DNA of 32,580 bases, taken from NCBI GenBank assembly GCA_035559535.1, contig DATMBG010000035.1, positions 62,001 through 94,580 on the forward strand, in the 5' to 3' direction. The first letter of the stretch is position 1, and each line of letters begins with the position of its first letter. A program made the translations under genes and the position numbers. Below, piece by piece: positions 26,092 through 32,580 of the stretch. The notes below the pieces were generated by a model. The model was given only the letters and a program-made list of their open reading frames with translations, was not told the DNA's origin and did not search any database. The stretch comes from Candidatus Limnocylindrales bacterium. GTDB lineage: Bacteria; Moduliflexota; Moduliflexia; Moduliflexales; JAUQPW01.

Positions 26092-26916
26092 ATGGCATAC
26101 TTAAAAAAATCAGTTCTTTTACCCTTTGTTTTAACGATAGGTCTTTTATCCACATCTTGTGGGATGTCCGTTAAAGGCATCAATAAATTTCAACCCAATG
26201 TGATTCCACTTTCGCAAGAAATAGATCTGGGAAGAAAATTTTCTAAAGAAGTTGAGAAAGAGGTTAAGCTCATGCGCCTTCGTGTTTTAAACGATTATGT
26301 TGATTCCCTGGGACAGTCCCTGGCTAAGAACTCGGATTTAAACACCATCCCTTATCACTTTAAGGTTATTAACGGTAAACAGATCAACGCTTTTGCCCTG
26401 CCGGGTGGGTATATCTACGTTTACAGGGGTTTAATAGAAACCGTGGATAGTGAATCTGAACTGGCAGGGGTTTTAGCCCATGAAATCGGCCATGTAGCAG
26501 CACGCCACGGAACTGAACAGATGACCCGGCAACTGGGATTTTCTATCCTAGCCTCTATTTTGTTGGGAAATAATCCTTCTCAGCTTGAAATCCTGGCTGC
26601 CAGATTATTTGGTACCGCCGGATTACTGGCTTATAGCCGCAGCAATGAGGCAGAAGCAGACCGGTTAGGGGTTCATTACCTTTACAAAACAGGCTACAAT
26701 CCCGAGGGAATGGGTGAGTTTTTCGAGAGACTCCAGGCTCTTCACAAGGATAAACCAAATATATTGGAAAAATTCTTTGCCACACACCCTCCCTTATCCA
26801 ACAGATTAGAAGCGGTAAAAGCCGAAATGGCTAAGATTCCCTCCGATGAAATTAAAGGAACCATCAAAAACTCACCGGAGTTCTCCATGGTTAAAGTTCT
26901 GTTTAATAAAGAGTAG
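26092..26916 (+). CDS. M48-family Zn metalloprotease, probable lipoprotein
   Basis: Lipobox-like LSTSC, INAFALPGG, ELAGVLAHEIGH, YSR.NE.EAD, THP...R. Confidence 0.92.
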   Translation: MAYLKKSVLLPFVLTIGLLSTSCGMSVKGINKFQPNVIPLSQEIDLGRKFSKEVEKEVKLMRLRVLNDYVDSLGQSLAKNSDLNTIPYHFKVINGKQINAFALPGGYIYVYRGLIETVDSESELAGVLAHEIGHVAARHGTEQMTRQLGFSILASILLGNNPSQLEILAARLFGTAGLLAYSRSNEAEADRLGVHYLYKTGYNPEGMGEFFERLQALHKDKPNILEKFFATHPPLSNRLEAVKAEMAKIPSDEIKGTIKNSPEFSMVKVLFNKE

Positions 26917-26927
26917 AAACTCTGTTA

Positions 26928-27037
26928 GTGTGGGGGTGTGGGAGTATGGAAGGAGGGAAGTATGGAAGTATGGGGGTATAGGTGTAGAAGATAGAACTCC
27001 CACACCTCCACACCCCCACACCCCCATACTCCCACAT
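26928..27037. repeat. Inverted octamer (GTRTGGRR) microsatellite hairpin between convergent genes
   Basis: About seven G-rich octamers, a short spacer, then five complementary YYCCAYAC units. May act as a bidirectional terminator. Confidence 0.9.
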
Positions 27038-27046
27038 CCGGGACGT

Positions 27047-28387
27047 TCAAGCCTCCAGGATCTTCTTAATCTGATCTTCCGCCCAGCTTATGGCCTTTTT
27101 ATAGGGTTCGCCACCGACCACCCGGGCAACCATATCGGGAATGATATACTGATTTTCAACCGCTCCGGCATATCGGGTAGGGTTTCCAGGCCAGCCCGGG
27201 AAATGGGTATAATTCCCTTCTTCGGGAAGTAAAATCAAGTTGGGGTCCGTTTTCCAGAGAGGAAGGTCTTCGAACTTCTTAAAGGGACTCATACAAAATC
27301 CTTTGGCTGCCGTAAGCCAGGAGGTGTATACCGGTTCGCTGTAAAAGAATTTTAAAAATTCCTTAGCAAGATCCTTATTTTTAGAAAACTTCCAAACGGC
27401 CAGTCCATGGTTAAAGCCCGCACCGTGTCGTCCCCCAGGTCCTGAAAGCGAAGGATGATGAACAATACTCTCCGCAATGGGCATATTCTTATCCCTGGCA
27501 GCCCAGTAAACACTCACCGGATTTAAAATCCAGGATCCCTTTCCAGAGAGAAAAAATCGATTGTTTCCCGCATCGTCCCAGGAAAGAACTTCATTACTCA
27601 TGCAATCTAAATAGAGACGCCGGGCATAATCCAGGGCTTCCTCGGTATGGGGAGAGTTCAGGGCAATGGTTTTACTATCGGCTTCAAAAACTTTAGCCCC
27701 ATAACACCAAAGAACCACATTCCAGGTGGCATTCGCGTCGGTACAATGGCTGATCGGAAGACCAATAGGATGCCCATGTTCTTTGAGTTTTTTACCCGCT
27801 TCATAGAGTTCTTCCCAGGTCTTGGGAAGAGCAAGCCCGGCCTCTTCCCAATGCTTTTTATTGCCTGTACCCACAAAAGCGACCCAATACCAGGGTGCAA
27901 GTTTCCATTGACCTCCTATATGGAAAACCTGTCGTGGATTAGCCCGGGTAGAATAATTTTTATCCACCTCTTCTAGAATATCATCTAAAGGCTCCAGATT
28001 CGCTTCGTGAAGGTAACCGTAAGTGTCCCACATATTCACCAAATCGTGTCCACTTTGGATATTCGCCTCCGAAGCAAGTTTAACAGGAAGTTGGGTAACC
28101 TGGATGGTGTCAAAGCGGGTATCACAGCCAGCCTGTTTACCAAACTCTTCCATAATCTGTCGAAACCTTTCATCACCCGATGGAACGAAAAGACTTAAAG
28201 CAAGGGCGGTTAAGGTCCGTTTCTGGGCAAAGGCCGGAGCTTTGCCTTCCACCAGCCAGGACCATCCCGAGGCTATCCCCGTTAAAGAACCAGCCACATA
28301 GGTAGAGGTACGGATAAATTCACGGCGGGTAAGCCATGAATTAGACTGAAGCATAGAATTTGTTTCATCACCATATTCTCGATTCAT
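27047..28387 (-). CDS. TAT-exported ABC-type solute-binding protein (SBP_bac_1/8-like)
   Basis: TRREFI twin-arginine signal, P.TWEEL, WDDAGNNRFF, LAKEFLKF. GAGGAG RBS supports ATG 28387. Confidence 0.85.
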   Translation of the reverse strand: MNREYGDETNSMLQSNSWLTRREFIRTSTYVAGSLTGIASGWSWLVEGKAPAFAQKRTLTALALSLFVPSGDERFRQIMEEFGKQAGCDTRFDTIQVTQLPVKLASEANIQSGHDLVNMWDTYGYLHEANLEPLDDILEEVDKNYSTRANPRQVFHIGGQWKLAPWYWVAFVGTGNKKHWEEAGLALPKTWEELYEAGKKLKEHGHPIGLPISHCTDANATWNVVLWCYGAKVFEADSKTIALNSPHTEEALDYARRLYLDCMSNEVLSWDDAGNNRFFLSGKGSWILNPVSVYWAARDKNMPIAESIVHHPSLSGPGGRHGAGFNHGLAVWKFSKNKDLAKEFLKFFYSEPVYTSWLTAAKGFCMSPFKKFEDLPLWKTDPNLILLPEEGNYTHFPGWPGNPTRYAGAVENQYIIPDMVARVVGGEPYKKAISWAEDQIKKILEA

Positions 28388-28505
28388 AAAACTCCTCAAG
28401 ATTTAAAAATTTTAATTGAAACAATTTCCTTTTATGAATTATAAGACTCTTATATACTTTTACCCTAGCGGGAATAAAGAAAGGTTGTCAAGGCTATTTT
28501 TGGAT

Positions 28506-28534
28506 TTGACACAAAGACATCCGGAGGGTATCCT
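28506..28534 (+). promoter_or_regulatory. Putative sigma70 promoter for the oxidoreductase
   Basis: TTGACA-N17-TATCCT. An opposing TTGACA on the minus strand at 28486-28491 could serve the divergent SBP gene. Confidence 0.55.
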
Positions 28535-28640
28535 GGGAAGTTTAGGAGAAGAAAGGAAGCTGATTTTCATCTCTGTACTCCTGCGTTTTCCTATCTCTGC
28601 CGGCCTTGGGGTGGGTTTTGTGACAGATCTATCTTTGTGT

Positions 28641-29666
28641 ATGCAAGATAAAAAAATAGGAATTGGAATTGTAGGGGCTACAGGATGGGTTGCCGGGGAA
28701 TATATTAAAGCGACCAAGAAAAATCCCCATAGCCAGGTGGTAGCCCTCTGTAGTCGAAGCCGGGAAGGAGCGGAGAAAATCCAGAATGAATATGGCTTAA
28801 CCGGCCAGATTTACACCCATTACCCTGAAATGCTTAAGCAAGAAGACCTGGATCTGGTTGTCATCTGCACTCCGGATTTTCTCCATGCCGAACAGGGAAT
28901 TCAAGCTGCCGAAGCCGGGAAACATCTGATCATAGAAAAGGCTATTGCACTAAATCTCAAAGACCTTCGAGCTCTTCAATCTGCCGTTAATCAAGCCAGG
29001 ATTAAAACGGTTGTCAGTTTTGTTCTTCGTTGGAATCCCATGATAAACCTCCTCAGGTCTCTTGTGGCTAAAGATGCTATCGGAGTCCTCTTTTATGCCG
29101 AGGTTGATTATTTACACGGTCGACGCGAGCATTACCGTTCCTACGAATGGTCCCGTAAAATTGCCACCGGTGGAAGTGCTCTCCTGGGGGCGGGTTGCCA
29201 CGCAGTGGATACATTGAGATATCTCGTCGGTTCAGAAGCCATAGAAGTAACGGCATATGCAGGAGGTTATGATAAAAATTATGAATATCCGCCTACCATT
29301 GTAACTATCATGAAATTTAAAAATGGGGTAATCGGAAAAGTAGGTTGCTCCCGGGAAGTGCGTATGCCCTACATGCTACCCATAAAGCTCTTCGGCTCCC
29401 GAGGCTCTATCCTGGATAACAAACTCTTCTCCGAAACCCTCTTTCCCGGGCAGACCGATTTTGCCTTGATCCCCACAAACATCCCTTCCAGTGGCGATGT
29501 GACCCATCACCCCTTCCAGGATGAGGTAAACCATATTATAGACTGTATCTTGAAGGACCAAACTCCCCAGCCCGATGTGAACGATGCAGTAATGACCCAC
29601 GAAATTTGTCTGGCAGCAGACCTCTCGGCAAAAGAAGGATGTTCTGTTAAATTACCTTTTCCCTGA
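28641..29666 (+). CDS. Gfo/Idh/MocA-family NAD(P)-dependent oxidoreductase
   Basis: IGIGIVGATG, DLVVICTPD.LH, AGKHLIIEK, GGSALL..GCHAVD. The family-like sequence begins at ATG 28641. Confidence 0.9.
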   Translation: MQDKKIGIGIVGATGWVAGEYIKATKKNPHSQVVALCSRSREGAEKIQNEYGLTGQIYTHYPEMLKQEDLDLVVICTPDFLHAEQGIQAAEAGKHLIIEKAIALNLKDLRALQSAVNQARIKTVVSFVLRWNPMINLLRSLVAKDAIGVLFYAEVDYLHGRREHYRSYEWSRKIATGGSALLGAGCHAVDTLRYLVGSEAIEVTAYAGGYDKNYEYPPTIVTIMKFKNGVIGKVGCSREVRMPYMLPIKLFGSRGSILDNKLFSETLFPGQTDFALIPTNIPSSGDVTHHPFQDEVNHIIDCILKDQTPQPDVNDAVMTHEICLAADLSAKEGCSVKLPFP

Positions 29667-29682
29667 CAAAACCGGGTCCTCT

Positions 29683-29748
29683 ATTGAGAATTGGGGATTG
29701 GGAATTGGGAACTAGGCTTCTAATTCCTAATCCCTAATTTCCAATTCC
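29683..29748. repeat. Inverted heptamer (ATTGGGA / TCCYAAT) repeat hairpin
   Basis: attgaga attgggg attggga attggga actaggc followed by ttctaat tcctaat ccctaat ttccaat tcc. Confidence 0.85.
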
Positions 29749-29776
29749 TGCTTCTTATCCGGATCTATCCATTCCT

Positions 29777-29805
29777 TGTACGGGCGGAGGGCCTCCGCCC
29801 CTACA
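29777..29805. repeat. GTAG-type REP-like palindrome
   Basis: tgtacgggcggagg g cctccgcccctaca: 14-bp arms with one mismatch and a GTAG end on the minus strand. Confidence 0.75.
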
Positions 29806-29830
29806 GTTGATTTAAAGAGGAAGGAAAAAA

Positions 29831-30754
29831 ATGATCTGCCCAAAATGTCGGTTTGAACAATCGGACCAATACACAGAGTGCCTGAGGTGCGGGGTCATCT
29901 TTACCAAATTTAAAACATCCTCAAAGGTCCAGGATCCCTCCCGACAACCGGTGTACCTACCAAAAAAGGAAGCTCAAAAAGAGTTCGAACCTCAAAGGAT
30001 TGAAGAAGAAGGTTGGAAGGCTTTAGGGATAGGTTTGATTTTTGCCGGAATTATCCTTTTTTTTCCCTTCCCAACCTTTGTTTTGAGTCATTTTATTATT
30101 CTTGTTCATGAATTGGGTCATGCCCTGGCAGCCTGGCTTTTTGGTTATCCCAGTATCCCTGCGTTTGATTTCAATTATGGAGGCGGAGTTGCCATCCAAC
30201 TCCAGGAGAAACCTGTGACCTGGATTCTTTTTGTCATTTATGCTTTGCTGGGTTATCTGCTTTATTTTTATCGAAAGAATCTTCTTACCTTAACCTTCCT
30301 TCTTACATCTCTGCTTTTCTATACATTCTCTCTGTTTACCTCCTTCCATGAAATTCTCATATTGTTCATGGGACATGGCACGGAACTTATCTTTGCAGGG
30401 ATTTTTTTGTATCGGGCCCTAAGTGGCTTTGCTTGTATGACTCCTGTCGAGCGCCCACTCTACGCTTTCACCGGTTTTTTTACGGTATTTTATGATATTC
30501 GATTTTCTTACCGGCTATGGACCGACCCAGACTATCGTACTGAATATGCAGAAGCCAAAGGAGGAGGCGACTGGATGGATTTTAGCCGCATGGCAAAGGA
30601 TTATCTACCTATTGACCTGTCTACGATGGCTCTGTTCTTTTTTCTTTTATGTTTTTTACCACCTCTGCTGAGTTTTATCATTTTCAGGTATCAAGCTTAT
30701 ATCTCCTCTTTTATGTTGAGATTTTTACAGAGAGAATCCGGAGGAAACCATTAA
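29831..30754 (+). CDS. Zn-ribbon plus multi-pass membrane protein with HExxH (M50-like)
   Basis: MICPKC...CLRCG, HELGHA in a hydrophobic segment, several TM helices, distal DW.DF. Confidence 0.7.
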   Translation: MICPKCRFEQSDQYTECLRCGVIFTKFKTSSKVQDPSRQPVYLPKKEAQKEFEPQRIEEEGWKALGIGLIFAGIILFFPFPTFVLSHFIILVHELGHALAAWLFGYPSIPAFDFNYGGGVAIQLQEKPVTWILFVIYALLGYLLYFYRKNLLTLTFLLTSLLFYTFSLFTSFHEILILFMGHGTELIFAGIFLYRALSGFACMTPVERPLYAFTGFFTVFYDIRFSYRLWTDPDYRTEYAEAKGGGDWMDFSRMAKDYLPIDLSTMALFFFLLCFLPPLLSFIIFRYQAYISSFMLRFLQRESGGNH

Positions 30755-30819
30755 CCCGACTTCGACTTAAGTCGGAATTAATATCAACGGGTTTGCACGG
30801 ACAGGAACCATGATCAAAA

Positions 30820-30841
30820 TTAGTACTTTGTAAAGTACTAA
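30820..30841. promoter_or_regulatory. Perfect dyad, candidate regulator or enhancer site
   Basis: TTAGTACTTT-GT-AAAGTACTAA, about 55 nt upstream of a sigma54-type motif. Confidence 0.5.
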
Positions 30842-30894
30842 CCTACTCAAGCAATTTTGGGGCTATAAAGAAAGAGCTACTATTCTTTGAAACC

Positions 30895-30909
30895 TGGCAT
30901 GGCAATTGC
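30895..30909 (+). promoter_or_regulatory. Sigma54 (-24/-12) promoter
   Basis: TGGCATGGCAATTGC matches TGGCAY-N5-TTGC with exact spacing. Confidence 0.65.
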
Positions 30910-31224
30910 GAAATGTCTTCCTTGTTAAGATAAAAAGTAAGCAGGGAGTCCCTATCTGCGGTTTATCGACAAGGATTGCCGGAAAAAATGAATTTTAATC
31001 TTGCCCTTACCGAGAATTCCGTTTTGGAAATCTTAATGTCTCACTTTGGTACACTTTTATCTTCTTTCTTTGAGGAGGAAGACCCTCGTAATATTACTTC
31101 TACGTTGAAACATCACATAAGCTGTAGGAGCAGCCCTCCCCTTACCTGTTAAAGGTAATCACCCGAGAGTCGCCCTGCAGGTTATGTAACCTTTCTATGT
31201 AGATTTGGTCTAAGGAGAGAATGT

Positions 31225-32580
31225 GTGAGGGATGAAGAGAAGACAAAAGAGCAGCTTATAAAAGAACTGATAGCAGCACGTCAACAGATCGATGAGCTGA
31301 AAGCATTGGAAACCGAGCGCAAGCGGGTAGAAGAGAAATTGCGTCAGCAGAATGAGTACCTGACTGCCTTGCATGAAACCGCCCTGGCCCTCATGAACCG
31401 CCTTGAATTGACCGATTTGCTTGAAACCATCATCGTTCGGGCCGGAGGATTGATGGGAACCCAACATGGATTTATCCATTTGATCGAACCAAACAAGACA
31501 GAGATGGTAGCAAAGGTCGGGGTAGGAACCTGGAGTAGATTTATAGGTAAACGTGTAAAGTTTGGTGAGGGGATGGTTGGAAAAGTCTGGCAAACCGGCC
31601 GATCCATTGTGGTAGAGGATTATTGCAGTTGGCCAGATCGACTGCCGGACCCAAGCTTTGACATCCTTCGTGCGGTGGTGGGGGTTCCGCTCAAGTCGGG
31701 CTCGGAAGTCATAGGAGTCATCGGTCTGGTTTATTTGGACGAAGGTCGGAAATTCGGAGATGAGGCTATTGAGTTATTAAATCGATTTGCCCAGTTGGCT
31801 TCCATTGCTTTAGACAATGCCAGGTTGTATGCCTCGGCTCAACAAGAATTAATCGAACGTAAGCGGGTAGAAGCGGAATTGCGAAAAGCCCAGGAGGCGT
31901 TAGAGCAACGGGTTAAGGAACGAACTGCCGAGCTTTCAACAACCAATGTGAGACTGGAAGAGCAGATGGTTGAGCGCAAACGTATAGAGGAAAAACTGCG
32001 GCAACAAAATGAATATCTCACTGCTCTCCACGAGACGGCCCTGGCTTTGATGAACCGGTTGGAAATAAACGATCTGCTTAAAGCCATTGTGGTACGCGCC
32101 GGAGCCCTGGTGGGCACCTCCCATGGGTACATTCGCCTTGTCGAACCCAACGAAACTGAAATAACCCTGAAGGTAGGTATTGGAGTTTTTACTAATTTCA
32201 TCGGTCACAAACTAAAATTCGGGGAGGGGCTAAGTGGAAAAGTTTGGCAAACCGGTCAATTGATAATCGTAGAGAATTACCATACCTGGCCGGGCCATAT
32301 ACCAGACCCTAGACATCACATCCTCCATGCCCAGGTTGGAATACCGCTTAAATCGGATAATAAAGTGATAGGGGTACTTTGTCTGGGGTATATGCAAGAG
32401 GGACGTGTTTTTAAAGATGAGGAGATTGAATTACTAAGCCGATTTGCCGAGTTAGCTTCCATAGCCCTGGATAACGCCCGACTCTATACCTCCACCCAAC
32501 AAGAACTGACCAAACGCATCAAAGCCGAACAAACCCTCGCCCACTACACCCAAGAATTGGAACGAAGCAACCAGGAACTC
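31225..32580 (+). CDS. Tandem GAF-GAF sensor protein, probably a histidine kinase; 3'-partial and absent from the ORF track
   Basis: AAGGAG RBS then GTG start, MRDEEKTKEQLIKEL. Two GAF domains (GEG..GKVWQTG, G.PLK....IGV, LASIALDNARLY). The frame is open to the edge and ends ELERSNQEL, a helix typical of those preceding HisKA. Confidence 0.9.
   Translation, partial: MRDEEKTKEQLIKELIAARQQIDELKALETERKRVEEKLRQQNEYLTALHETALALMNRLELTDLLETIIVRAGGLMGTQHGFIHLIEPNKTEMVAKVGVGTWSRFIGKRVKFGEGMVGKVWQTGRSIVVEDYCSWPDRLPDPSFDILRAVVGVPLKSGSEVIGVIGLVYLDEGRKFGDEAIELLNRFAQLASIALDNARLYASAQQELIERKRVEAELRKAQEALEQRVKERTAELSTTNVRLEEQMVERKRIEEKLRQQNEYLTALHETALALMNRLEINDLLKAIVVRAGALVGTSHGYIRLVEPNETEITLKVGIGVFTNFIGHKLKFGEGLSGKVWQTGQLIIVENYHTWPGHIPDPRHHILHAQVGIPLKSDNKVIGVLCLGYMQEGRVFKDEEIELLSRFAELASIALDNARLYTSTQQELTKRIKAEQTLAHYTQELERSNQEL

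Noticed and set aside
26928-27037. Possible CRISPR array or telomere-like repeat
   Set aside because: The units are contiguous 8-mers with no unique spacers, and there are no cas genes.
26846-27232. 128-aa plus-strand ORF with GVWEYG and PTPPHP repeats
   Set aside because: It is a translation of the octamer hairpin and overlaps two real genes.
31210-32208. Four minus-strand ORFs with mutual similarity
   Set aside because: Antisense shadows of the duplicated GAF gene on the plus strand.

Overview
A bacterial chromosomal region, probably from a diderm (it has TolB-like, lipoprotein M48 and TAT-exported proteins). No rRNA, tRNA, CRISPR array, integrase or transposase is evident. The left part is housekeeping and envelope genes: partial rseP, glpX, a stand-alone FabF-like KAS, a SPOR protein, a sensorless histidine kinase, and a lepB / lysyl-PG-synthase-TM / Mut7-C / suhB cluster. 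The centre (9115-19337) is a co-oriented signalling cluster: a REC-PAS-PAS histidine kinase, an Rcp1-like receiver, two tandem REC-PAS-GGDEF-EAL paralogues, and an orphan PilB/GspE ATPase fused to an MshEN-like N-terminus, an extra Zn-ribbon and a C-terminal receiver. This cluster is the best candidate for an undescribed system. The right part has dedA, uvrA, a HEAT-like protein, a TolB-like propeller, an M48 protease, an orphan TAT solute-binding protein, a Gfo/Idh/MocA oxidoreductase and a Zn-ribbon/M50-like membrane protein. It ends with a 3'-partial GAF-GAF sensor gene that the ORF track missed, behind a good sigma54-type promoter. Many intergenic spaces carry inverted 7-mer and 8-mer microsatellite hairpins and REP-like palindromes, some nested inside each other. 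All calls come from motif recognition by eye; no searches were run.
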